From Dimorphilus gyrociliatus (lineage: Eukaryota > Animalia > Annelida): a stretch of 64,000 bases of DNA. Below the pieces are notes generated by a model. That model did not search any database and had not been told where the DNA came from. It worked only from the letters and a program-made list of their open reading frames with translations. The position numbers and the translations under genes are program-made. The DNA lies in the NCBI GenBank assembly GCA_904063045.1, contig CAJFCJ010000002.1, forward strand, positions 124,001 to 188,000. Direction: 5' to 3'. Positions within the stretch are counted from its first letter, which is position 1. Each line of letters begins with the position of its first letter. Positions 26,510 to 38,959 of this stretch are shown one piece after another.

Positions 26510-26742
26510 GTATATACATAGACATATATATACATATAATATTTATAATTATATTCAAATATTCTTATATATGTATATATGCATGTTATAATTGTATATC
26601 TGTACATAAATATGAAAAACACAATAATATAAGTACATACAGAGACATACACACATATATATATGTGTGTATACATACTGTGTACATATAAGTATATATT
26701 GTAAATTACAGTATATATCATTGATATGGCCATACACATAGA
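26510..26742. repeat. Degenerate alternating purine-pyrimidine (TA/CA/TG)n tract downstream of RNF144
   Basis: Low-complexity RY run containing a perfect 26-bp palindrome at 26647-26672. Confidence 0.8.
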
Positions 26743-26772
26743 CAGCTCCATCTATCGAAGATCAGTAGAAAG

Positions 26773-27755
26773 TTATTTTCTGGAGTATTCGTAATTAGCT
26801 TGGTCAATATCCTCTTCATCATCACTTTCGTTGCATTTTCGGCATAACTTACATTTACAACACGCCAAACAGGGGACAACAAGCATTAATACTGGAGAGG
26901 CAATAAGAACTAACAAGCCGAAACCGGCAAATAAGGCGATGACTTGCAGGCGATGAGCAAAAACAGAAGCTTGGGAGTGACCAAGTTTATCCTTACAGGG
27001 TCCAGAATCGTAATGTCTTAACATATAATCATTGTCCAATGGTGCAAGACAATGCCAACAAAAAACATGTTTACAGCGTCGACACATCATTTGAGCACAC
27101 CCTGAATCTCTTTCAATAGGTACATTACAAACAGGACATCTCTTAATTTTAGGCTCCCCATTAGAGCATATTCCTGCTTGCCCCCACCAGTTCATTTCAC
27201 ATGCTCCTCCGTGACCTTTCCAGATTGCTTTACAAGATGAACAGAATTCTAAGTGACATTTCTGACAATGAACTGCCATAGGTCTTGAATTTTGCCAAAT
27301 TTGGCAGATCGTATCACAGCCCGCGGCGGGACACCACGTCCTACTGGGATCAGTATTAACCTGAAAAGGAAGATCTAGATATCGAAATACAAAAGAAATG
27401 AAAAACTAACTTCATGCTCTAATCGTAATCGTCGATACCTAGCCCATATTTTAGGATCAACTAAATCTTGAATTTCCGATGCTTTAATCTTTCCAGGGGG
27501 TATACAATCTGGATCGGGGCATGTTAAACTGGCTATGAGACCCTCCGTTATGAGCACTCGTACATATTCCTGCATACAGTCTCTACAAAATACGCAACCA
27601 CAATCTTGAATTTTAAAATTAACGAGCCGAAATTCAAGGCAGAGTTTACAAATTACTTTCGTCTTCAAGCTATCCACAGTGCAAGTTGATACTGTTGAAT
27701 TTAAAGGACTACTCGAAAGTGAGCTACTTCGACTCGATCTTGTTGATTCCATCAT
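26773..27755 (-). CDS. RNF144: RBR E3 ubiquitin ligase RNF144A/B-like
   Basis: RING1 (CKLCLE...CGCVFCRDC...CPDPDC), IBR (WCPAAGCDTIC), RING2 (KRCPVCNVPIERDSGCAQMMCRRCKHVFCWHC) and a C-terminal TM segment. Exons 27755-27411 and 27360-26773. Confidence 0.93.
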
Positions 27756-28144
27756 TATCAAAAACGTTAACAACTAACAACTATTTAATAAGTTTTAAAA
27801 AATTTTTTGTGTGTCGGCAGAAAAGGATTCAAAAAGCTTAATTATATATTTTCCTCATTTGCGTATTTTTAATATTAAAAACATATCTTTTCGAAATATT
27901 TCCGGAATATATTAACATTACTATTTCGTACTTGATAAATTTCAAACTTTTCTCTGGAAAAGTTATTTGTTTACTTGTTTAACTGTTTCGGCAAAATATT
28001 TAATAAATATTTCTATTTTACGAAATAATTTGACTTTTAGCGTCATCTGGTGTTTAAAAATTAAATATAATTTCTGATTGGTAGATTTGACGACGCTTTT
28101 ATTACGCATGCGTATTTTTATAGACGTTGATTTCCGGTCACAGA

Positions 28145-29832
28145 ATGGAAGTTCCAGAACCCGCCAAAATTGAAGGAGATTTATCAAAGGTACATTTTTA
28201 GCAAGTTTTATGTATTTGTATATTCTGTGAAAAATATCGCTGACCTTTAATATGCCATGAAGATTTAATTTGCGACTAAAATTGTTTCTGTAATTGCACT
28301 TCTTTTTCTTCCCCTTACCGCTTTCAAAAATAGTATCGCGATTTTCGCCTATGTTTACCAAAATTTTTTTAATAGAGTTCTGAGTATGCGAAGGGAGATA
28401 CTGGAGTCAATTCGATTGCGAAAAAATCTAAAGCAGAAGGAAAACAGGAAGATAAAGCGGCTTCAAATACAAGCGAAACTAAACAAGAGGACAATGTACC
28501 AAAAGATGATAAAAAAGTAACTGGAGTGGAAATTGAAGAAGTTAAAAGTCCAACAACGAAAAATGAGTCTGAAAAAACTGATAAGCCGTTAAAAGACGAA
28601 GCTGAGAAGCCTAAGTCCCCTCGTAAACGTAAATCGACTCGGGAGGTTAAAAGTAATGAAAGTGACAATGACATTGGTATATAAAAGATACAAGTAAAGG
28701 TTAAAAAAATGCTAAATATGTTTCTTTTTAGGACCAGGACTCTTGGAGAGACCTGTTGTTATAGAAGGGAAACGAGAACGCAAGCAAGTAGAAAGAATAT
28801 CCTATCAACAATCACCTCAAAAGGAGCATAAAATAGAAATTCATGTAGGAAAAGGCACAAAATTACGCGAAATTCCAAGAATAGAGCTTGAGTTTTCAAA
28901 GCATAAGGCCGAAGAATTAAGAACTCTCCATAACTTTCTGTTTAATAGACTTGTAAATTCAAAACTAATCAAAAGAAATATTTTACAATTTTCTGGATTT
29001 GGTTTCAAGAAAGAGGATCCAGAATTTAAGAGAAAGCGTGATAGATTAAACAAGTAAGTCTTATTTACCAAAAAGTAATGACTATATATATATATATATA
29101 TATTGGTATACAGATTGACAATGGCCCAAATGAAGGTGTTCTGTAAAGTACTTGATATCGAATATGCTAAAACAAAAGAAGATTTCGTCAATAAAATAAT
29201 AGATTTTCTTATGTGTCCTAAAGCCTCTGGAAAAGCTATCCCCAAATCAGCAAGTTAGCAGTTTTTATCGAGATAATAAATTTCAATAATAATAATATCA
29301 ATTACGTTTTCTAGAAAAAGGAAGCAGATCATCGACTACTAAAAAAAAAGCGGATGCTGGGTCATCTGAGGTTATTTTTAAATGAAATTGGAGTATATTT
29401 TAATAAGTTATATTTTAATTTTGTTGAAACAGCCCTCTCCTAAAAAAAGTAAGAAGGATACACCAAAAAAAGAAAAAGCAACAAAGAAGTCCAGCAACGA
29501 GACAAAAAATAAAGGAAACGCATCATCTAAGAATAGTAACGCAAAGAAAGCAAAGAAGGCAAAGAGCAAAGCAACTCCTGCTAAGAAATCTAAAGGACAA
29601 CCCCCTACCGTAAGCTTTAATTAATTAGAGTTGAGAACACTTTTAAAATCGATTAATCTTTCTCTAGGATCATCAATTGACAGAAGATATTAAGAAGATT
29701 TTAGAGACAGCCGATTTAGAGAAAATCACAATGAAGAAAGTTTGTGAAACAATTTATGATAAATATCCAGACTACGACCTTACATCTCGAAAATACTTTA
29801 TCAAATTGTCTGTAAGAGAAAATTTGAAATGA
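28145..29832 (+). CDS. DEK: Chromatin protein DEK
   Basis: ERPVVIEGKRERKQVER...GKGTKLREIPRIE...IKRNILQFSGF, a SAP-like exon and the DEK-C domain (ILETADLEKITMKKVCETIYDKYPDYDLTSRKYFIK). First exon 28145-28189. Confidence 0.92.
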
Positions 29833-30184
29833 AGATAATGTTTATGTTGAAATTTTCTTTTTGTTTGTACATATTGTTTATTATATGATTATTTATTTAT
29901 CTGAAATAGTTTACATAACTATTAATAATTAATAAATGTTTGGCTATAATTAACTGCGCCATCTATAGTCTAAAATGGTCAAAATTAACGGTGAATTCTG
30001 CGCATGCGCATTGTGAATTGAATTTCCGGTCTAATGTGAATCAATCGACTCTTATATTTGCTATTCGTTCTACCTCTTTGTTCAGCTTAATACTGCAGTC
30101 TACAAATTTTTGTCTCAACATCAAGTGCTGATTTATCACTCAGGCAAGCTGTTTTCGCATCCCAAGTCACTGATCGTCGAGAAA

Positions 30185-31243
30185 ATGTCTATGTCCGTTG
30201 GACAGGCGTCAAACGGTAGCGTTAAACGCAAGGAAATTTATAAGTATGAAGCCCAATGGCAACTGTACAGTATGAACTGGAGTATAAGACCAGATCAGCG
30301 CTTTCGTCTGGCTCTTGGGAGTTTTGTCGAAGAGTATAACAACAAAGTTCAAATTGTTCGACTAAATGAAGACTCCGCCGAATTTCAAGCCCTCGCCACG
30401 GTAGATCATCCCTATCCCACTACGAAAATAATGTGGATACCAGATTCCAAGGGTAATCTTCCAGATTTATTTGCTACCACCGGTGATTATCTGAGAATAT
30501 GGAGAGTAATAGATGATAGTGAAGTACGACAAGAAGCCTTACTTAATAACAACAAGAATTCGGATTTTTGCGCGCCATTAACATCATTCGATTGGAATGA
30601 AGTGGATGCAAATATACTAGGAACTTCTAGTATTGATACAACATGTACAATTTGGGGCTTAGAAACTGGACAACCTATAGGGAGAGTTGGCGTGCCTGTC
30701 ACTGGTCATGTAAAGACTCAATTAATCGCACACGATAAAGAAGTATACGATATCGCCTTCAGCCGAGCTGGTGGTGGAAGAGACATGTTTGCCAGCGTCG
30801 GAGCCGACGGTAGTGTTAGGATGTTTGATTTACGGCATTTGGAGCATTCAACTATTATTTACGAAGACCCAAATAGAAAGTCTTTGCTCAGATTAGCTTG
30901 GAATAAGCAGGATCCAAATTATTTGGCAACCATGGCTCTAGATGCCAACGAAGTAATCATTTTAGATGTCAGGGTCCCATGTACACCAGTGGCACGATTA
31001 CGAAACCACAGGAGTTGCGTTAATGGTTTGGCTTGGGCACCTCATTCATCCTGCCATCTTTGCACGGCTGGCGAGGATAAGCAAGCACTAATCTGGGATA
31101 TTCAGCAAATGCCTAGAGCCATTGAAGACCCAATTTTAGCGTATCAAGCACAAGGTGAAATTAATCAAATTCAGTGGAGCGCTACCCAACCGGACTGGAT
31201 TGCTATATGTTATAATAACCATTTGGAAATTTTGAGGGTTTGA
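30185..31243 (+). CDS. DCAF7: DDB1- and CUL4-associated factor 7 (WDR68), intronless
   Basis: RKEIYKYEA.W.LYSMNWS...RFRLALGSFVEEYNNKVQ...TQLIAHDKEVYDIAF...LEILRV. The first in-frame ATG is 30185; the ORF track starts at an upstream TTG. Confidence 0.97.
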   Translation: MSMSVGQASNGSVKRKEIYKYEAQWQLYSMNWSIRPDQRFRLALGSFVEEYNNKVQIVRLNEDSAEFQALATVDHPYPTTKIMWIPDSKGNLPDLFATTGDYLRIWRVIDDSEVRQEALLNNNKNSDFCAPLTSFDWNEVDANILGTSSIDTTCTIWGLETGQPIGRVGVPVTGHVKTQLIAHDKEVYDIAFSRAGGGRDMFASVGADGSVRMFDLRHLEHSTIIYEDPNRKSLLRLAWNKQDPNYLATMALDANEVIILDVRVPCTPVARLRNHRSCVNGLAWAPHSSCHLCTAGEDKQALIWDIQQMPRAIEDPILAYQAQGEINQIQWSATQPDWIAICYNNHLEILRV

Positions 31244-31485
31244 ATCTTTGAAAAACAGCCGTTTTTATACATTCTCTTCAGTTTTTGTTTTGAACTTGTA
31301 CATAAGTACATATTATACAAAGGATATAAATATATACACAAAAATATATATTTATGCTTCTATATATTTGTGATAATTGTCATTCAGGCTACAATGTTGA
31401 TGTTTGTAAGAGATGTTGTAAAACTATTGGTATAAAACAAGTAGAGACATCTGTATAAAGAATCGAATTGTTTACGCTTCTGACG

Positions 31486-31500
31486 GTTGCCAAGGGGGAT
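31486..31500 (+). promoter_or_regulatory. RFX X-box-like element upstream of the WDR49-like gene
   Basis: GTTGCCAAGGGGGAT, with a good left half-site and an imperfect right half, ~120 bp before the ATG of a cilia-associated gene. Confidence 0.35.
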
Positions 31501-31618
31501 TCCACTTAGAAAAATCATTGATTTAAAGTGGAATTTTAGTGATTTTGAAGCCAAAAAGGATATTATTCGCCGTTTACCAATTTATTTTATTATGAATAAA
31601 TGATAAAAATTAGTTGAT

Positions 31619-34600
31619 ATGTCTACAATAGCCAGCAGCCCCACTAGGACGGAGGCGACAGCGAGAGTCGAAAGGAATACGTAGCTATCTTCCTCCTTTT
31701 TATGATACTATTTCCTTTATTACCTTTTAATAGCATTTTTCATCCTTTGTCAAGGGCGACAGCACCGAGCGTCACCGGAACTTATGACGACCGATTAGAA
31801 GCTAAGTTAACCTTGCAGGATTTAAAAGCTTTAGAAACTGCTTTTATGGTAGTATTAACACTATTATTCCCTTTTCTTTAAAATGCTGAAATATTTCCCC
31901 TGTTCCGCATCGTTTTATCAGTTTGATGGTAACAGTCATGACAATAAACTAAGTTTGACGAAGCATGATTTCTGTGAGGCATTGGAATTGATTTTAAGAA
32001 AGGGAACGCGACGTGATTACATAGAATTATTTGACGAGATAGATGTGCTAGGGGAAGGAACGGTTGATTGGGATAAATTAACAACACATATGATGAGAGA
32101 GTTTAAGGAAAAGGACGATAAAGTAAAATCCACTCAGGTGCCCCAATGGAAAGATATAAAGCATCTATCAAGTAGTCCTCACAAGGATATTATCCAAAGA
32201 TTTGTTTATGTCAAACAAACTAATAGATACATGGCCGTCTCTAAGGAAGGTTGCGTTTCCATGTGGTCCTCTAACTTAAAATTGCAAAGATCTCTTAAAA
32301 CACAAACTGATGCTTGCAAACAAAGAGATGTTTGGGTAACGCACTTTGTAGTCTTGCACAACGTGAATAAATTAGCGTTGTCCTTTACGAGTAAGGAAAT
32401 TGCTCTATATGATCTATCCAGCAAGTTGGACTTAAAACGGCAATACTGCGTTCAGGGTGAGTCAACTTGACCCGTCAGATGGCACCATAATTAACTTACT
32501 TTTTGTATATTTCTAAAACGTTGCACAAAAATTCTTTTGTTTTTATTATCAATATTTATCTTAATAGGCTTAACGTATACTCCTCTTTGTTTGGAGTACT
32601 GGGCTTCAGAAGACAACAGTAACGAATCATTACTTTGTTGGGGAGATACCGCAGGGTATGTTATTTTATAAAAGCTGCATTTCCTAGTATTTTTTGCCTT
32701 TGTACATGCACAAATCTACTATAAAATACATCTTATTCTCCCTCTCCCCGCGACCCCCCCCCCCACATCTATGTCTCCCCCATCTCCTCTTTACCCTTTC
32801 CCCTTATCCTTCTGTTCTACCAAATACGCAATTACTTAATAAATACTTTTTCTGCCAATAGACAATTGCACGCTCTTCATTTCAATTCAGCGACAATTGC
32901 TCTATTTGAAAGACCAGCAGCGCCAACTAGTGAAAAACAAGGTAAAAACAAAAAAAAACTATTAATAATATTTTAATTAACAAGCTTTATCATTATTAAA
33001 GAAAATAACTCTACTAATAATTTATCATTCTCTATTACGTAACTTCGCTAAGATTTAAATAATTTTTTTATAAAAAAAAAAATAACAATCAATTTATGAA
33101 AATTTCTTTTTACTTTTTAATTTATTTAACCAATTAAAAAAGCTATGGATACAAATTTTTCTAAGGAAGATGCATGGTCAATGCGTAAGTTTTCTGGTTT
33201 TTTCCTTTTTCATCTTTGCAGTTTTTTGAAACGAAAACAAAAAAATTTCTTATGAAAAATGATATAAAAGCCTTTGTATGATCAATTGAAAAGAGATAAT
33301 CTTTGAAAACACTATTATTTTCATGTTTTATTTATCAATTATAGATATTATTACAAATATTCATCTTTGAAAAAAGCAAAAACACCAATTCTGAAAGATT
33401 CTCGTCTTTGTTTTTAATTCTATCTGCATTCATTCATTCCTAATATCTATCAAATCTATCTTTTTTTTTCAATCTTCTTGTTCTACTTAGAAGAGCTCTC
33501 AGTTTATTTTTATCACATTGTTTTCTTTTTTATTTATTAAAACATATACTATTGGAAGTTTTTTGAAACTGCATGAAAAACAACAAAAAAGACAATGTTT
33601 GTCACAGAGAGAGAGAGAAGAAAAAAGAATTGATTATTTTTTTAAGTTCAAAAACAAAAAAAGAGAGAAGAAAGAAAACAGATGGAAGTCGTCGTCTTGC
33701 TTTTGGAGCAAATTTTATTTTTTTATTTCAATGTTTTAATAATCATTTATATTATTTTTTTTTTAATTTTGATTTCTTTGAAAACTTATGACAATTTCTT
33801 TCTTTTTAATATTAAATTTCTTTATCTTGTATTCTTCAGAGCCCTGTTTAAATGTCAAGTTAATTGATGTTACCAAGGGAAAATATAAAAATGCTACCCA
33901 CATGAAATACGAAGCTCATACCGAATGGATTCGTCATTTAATTTATTCCAGTCATTTAGAGTGCTTCATAACTTGCGCAACAACGTCAAAATCTTCTTTG
34001 GTAATAGGATGGATGGAGAAACATACATCAACAAAAATGTTAGTATAAAGAGATGATTTTAGGCTTTTATTACTATATTTGCAGTTTTATGTTATATTAC
34101 ATTGTTTTATTAACTGCACAAATTGTACGTGACCGGTTTTTGATAATATTATCAGAATAGATCGATATGCTCTACCAACGGTTGATAGAGACACAAGAAA
34201 ATTGGATAAAATGTAAGAAACAATTGCGCCAGGCTTTTTTCTTTTTATGAACTTTATTTTAGCTTATATAGATAAAAGCCTATACCTTAGAGAAAACTTT
34301 CTAAGCTGTAAAAAGGGGACAAAGTCTTTTTCTTTACATTTTTTTTATATTTTATTTTTTTTTTGCATTAGTAGAGTTTATACATTATTATTTTTTTCTC
34401 TCTGCTTCGTTCCTATTCTTTATTTGTGACTTGATATTAATGGTACTAGCAGGAGTGTAAAGACGATTATGAGAAAGTAAGTTTGGAAAGTATGCCTTCC
34501 CTAAATGCATGATACGCCACACTATACTGTTGCCTCTGAAGTCGTTTTCTATGGGGTAGTCAAAATATTAAGGCGAAATCTTTACTCGGTCGAGAACAAA

Positions 34601-37600
34601 ACTGCCGTCTGGTGGCTTTTTTTCTCTCTAAAATAAAAATAATCCACCAGATAGCGCCGATAGTGTGATAAAAAGAAGTTTTTAATACATAGTTTCAAGG
34701 ATATAGAACAGATATTTTCCAAGATTAAACAAATTAATAGGAAAAAGAAAGTATAACAAACTACGTCTTTGTATTGGCCGATAAATTTAAACAGTATATT
34801 CTATGTATACAATATATATTGTATATATAGTATATGCTAAATAACGTTTATGAACCCATAGATAACGACAAGCTTGGTGATACGCTTAGGACAAGAATTA
34901 AAATTTTAAAATTTTTTTCTTTTTTTGATATTTCAAAGCGCGCGTAAATTTATTATTCCAATTAACATATTTTGAAAAATTTTTGTTTCTTTTTGTTTTT
35001 TAAAAAAAAAAAAAAATAATATTTTTATAAAGTAAAATTAATAATTTTTTGTATCAAAATTTTTGTTTTGTTTGTTTTAATTTCTCATTTAAAGAGAAGA
35101 TTTTTCCTTTTCTTTAAAAATTTGCAGTAAAGTTTTTTCCTTAACATTTTTTTGTTTTATTTTAAGTTTTTTTTTTTTTCCTTTAAAAAAAACTTTTCAC
35201 TTTTCACAAAATGCTAGTCGAATTAGACTGAAATAAATTACCAATTTTTAATTATATTAACAATTAATAGCATCTTCAATAACTAACACTTTATAGAGGA
35301 AATGTTAGTGTTTGAACTCAATATATACAGTAAATAAGATAATATATATATATATATATGTATATTGTTTTTTTTTCTAGCTATTTGATAATTTCTATAT
35401 ATATTGTTTATATACAATGAAAATAAAAGTAATTCTATATGTATATACTGAGTTCATAATACGAATTTCCTATTTATAAAAATCGTATAAATTTTCCATC
35501 TTTGAATTGATTAATCAGCAAAAATCTATATCCTTTTTACAGAACCAAATTTGATATAACGCAAGGAGTGAATTGCTTCGATTATTATCAAAAAATGAAT
35601 GTAATAGGTACTATAGATATTGGATTTTTTATTTTTGTTTTGAATGGGCCTAATTTTAATTTTTACAATCAGCTACTGCTAATGTTAACAATCACGTTTG
35701 TCTTTGGAATCCGTATGTGGTGTCAAAACCAACAGGAGTTTTGCGTGGTCATATGGCACCAGTTATTCAAGTTTCTTTCAGTCGAAATCGTGGTCAATTA
35801 GTCAGCTTATCCAAAGATAAAGTTTTAAGAATTTGGGATGTTCAGCTACAGGTATGCGTTCAAAGAGTGGCTGGCATGTTTCCCAAGGGACCAGAAGTGG
35901 GATCTCAATTGCTCGTCCACGAAACATACGACAGATTCTTTATAACTTTTAACTCTATTATAACTGTTTTGGAAATGAAAAAAGATGTCAAAGATCGCGT
36001 AGTTACTCATAATAAGCCTGTTATAGCTGGCAGACTACTTCCACTCCTCTCTCAAGTAGTTACGGCCGCTAACGATGGCTCAATTACGTTTTGGCAACTG
36101 GACAGTGGCCAAAAATTAAAAGAGTTGTCTGTCGGCTGTGAAATTACTCATCTTACGGTCGATCAAACTGGCTCGAGAATTTACGCAGCTGGAACAGATG
36201 GAATTATTAGGATTATGGACGTAAATGGATACGTTCACCACTTATTGGATTGCAATACCGAAAATTCATCACCAGATATTGGGAATATTCTAGTTCTAAA
36301 GCGCGCCATTCTTGCTGTAGGATGGGCAAAGCATCTAACAGTATTTCGTAATCATTCCATGCGTCAGCCAAGGGTAGAACCGGAAGAATGGAAAGGAGGT
36401 CAGCATCATTCTGACGATATTCTAGCCCTAGACTTTCTACCGCCTTCAACATTGGCGACTGCTTCATACGACGGAGAAATTGTAATTTGGAATAATAATT
36501 CTGAACTACCCTCAAAGAGATTAAATCAAAGAACTAGACCTGTTACTAGGTCCAATCAGAGACCGATTGATAAGGAAGAGGAGGAAGATATTCAAGCCAG
36601 TTTTGCCGTTTCCGAGCTAAAATTCCTCCGTTCGAGACCAATTTCCCAAGGAAATTTAATATCCTGTGGTGCTAATGGCTGGGTTCGGTTTTGGAGTTCA
36701 GCGTCAGCTTCTCTATTCGCTGAATTTCAGGCTCATCCGAACGCGGCTAGTATAACAATGACTGTAGATGAACCAAAAAACGAATTGTTAATTACCGGTG
36801 ATGTAGAGGGAGCAGTTAAAGTTTGGAGAATAGGAGATTATGCAAAAGAAGGACCAGTTGAAGAACCTCCCTTCCTTCAGTCTCAATACACAGCTCATAT
36901 CGACTCGATCTGCTCTATTGATATAATGGAGAGATCAGGAAGAACTTTGATCGTCGTAGCAAGTTCAGATTGCTCCGTATCAGTTCACGACGTAGATGCT
37001 CACAAAGTAGGCGTTTTTGGCCAAGAACAACATTGGAAAGTTGAATTACCAAAGAAAGATGAAGACGACGAAGATGACAAACTCGATAGATCAAACGTTC
37101 AGGTAAATTATGCACCATTATCAAAGTTTGCATTTAGCTTTTTTACAACACGATTTTGATCACCAAAAAATCTTTTTTTTTAAATTCAAATATCTTTTTA
37201 AATAATAATTTTTAATTGAATAATCAATTAAAAATAGTTCAAGTGTTAGTGATAAATCTAAGAAGAGTGTGTTTTTTTTATGCATGTAAAAAAATTAACA
37301 GTCGGCACAAAGTGACGCTCGAAGCACTGGTGATGACTCACAAATTGAACAGGTGATGAGAAAGACATTATATAGTGTATCTATTATTTTATCCTTCTAA
37401 TTTATATTTAGTTTTGCATGACAAAAACTTTGGGTGTTTTTTTTTTGGTTTTATTATTTACTTATCAATTAACTTTCTCTATATATTATACTGTATACTA
37501 TTATATGTATAAACATGTGGTTTATTCAGTTTACATGTTTCCTCTTAATTCTCCTAGTTCTCCAGATATTCCATACTTTTTTTTCTTTTAAAAAAAAACT

Positions 37601-38959
37601 ATGCCAAGGAGAAATGCTATAAAAAGAAAAAAATCTAAAACATCTTTTTTTCATAGTTTCTACAAAAAAGCTATTTTTAGTCGGCGGTCACGTGACGTCC
37701 TTATAGTCCTGTTGACTGATTTTATTTTTTCAAGTTCTTCAAATATAGTTACAAAGTGATATATATATATATTTAAAGTTAAAAAACAGGCAAAGATGAC
37801 GGTCACTTAGTTTTGACCAACGACAAAAATTGAGATTAGGCGTATCTATTTAGTGCAATCGGCGACGATATAGGCCTTTTGTTTCTTGTATATCGTTGCC
37901 GGGTGATGCTATTAGAATTAAAAAGCGTCTAATGTTAATTTAAGCGTTGTGTATGGTAAAATTTTTTTCTTTTGGAAACTTAATATTAAAATGACGCTGC
38001 TTCTCTTCCTGCTATTTAAAAAAAAGAAAAACAATACATAAACAGTCATTTAAGCATATTGTTTTTTCCCATAATTTAGATCATGGACAACACTTTAAAA
38101 TACACTTTAGAAGATGATAACTGGCAACCCGATGAGCTAGCAACAACAAAACCAGCAGAATATAGAGTTAATACATGGGAGAGAACGTATTTGGGTAAGG
38201 ACTATCAAGAGCTTCGTGTCCAAAAACGAGAGCGAAAGCAACCAAAAATAATACAAGACCTTCCGTACTTACATTCAGACCGTATGAATGCCCCGCCCTA
38301 CGGTCCTTACTACTCTTTGGAAACTAGGGAATTAGAACAAGTAGATCAGTCGTTAAAGAAGTCGGATTTTATAATCAATCAGAATAAATACTTTGGCACT
38401 AGACCTGATAGTTCAAACGAAGGCGGAAAGCTGTTATCTTCACCTTCACTTGCTCATAGTACGTTTAATTCCGTAGTAATACAATTTTCTATAAATATTG
38501 GTTTATACGCATTTAGGGTGTATAATTTCAAAAGAAAAAAAATTTATAGGCTTAAATTATCCATTGTTTAAATGAAAATTGATATAATTGCTATTTATTT
38601 ACATATCTCTTCTTAAAGGACTAAAAGCGGCGTACGATGAGAAAACGTTATTTCCTAAATATATACTTGATCACGAAACAAGAATGAAAAATTCACACGG
38701 AACCATTCAATCGGTAAGTTGAAATGATACGATCGTTCTACATCTTTAATAAATTGTTATAGTTATTTTTAACATGGTTGTGCAATGTAATTTATTTTAG
38801 AATCATAAGGGATCCCTAATAAAAGGCTTATCAAAAGGCCTGCAAACTAAACGTACTGCCCCAGCTAAGCCGAAGAAATTAAAGCCAATCGAAGCCGGAA
38901 ATAGATCTAGGGCGACATCTCTGAGTCTCGCTTCTGAATCTGCATCAAACTTTACTTAA
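31619..38959 (+). CDS. WDR49: EF-hand + WD40 protein, WDR49/CFAP337-like
   Basis: EF-hand-like ELFDEIDVLGEGTVDWDKLT, then VPQWKD...HKDIIQ...SKEG...WVT..V.L.NVNKLA..FTSKEI..YDL, matching long WDR49 as recalled. A large WD40 exon spans ~35670-37102; last exon 38801-38959. Confidence 0.8.

Noticed and set aside
26476-26751. Tyr/Ile/Met-rich ORFs on the minus strand
   Set aside because: Translations of the TA/CA/TG low-complexity tract.
34607-34652. Short inverted repeat GTCTGGTGG / CCACCAGAT
   Set aside because: Only ~9 bp with a long A/T loop; the right arm is better explained as a CTCF-like motif.
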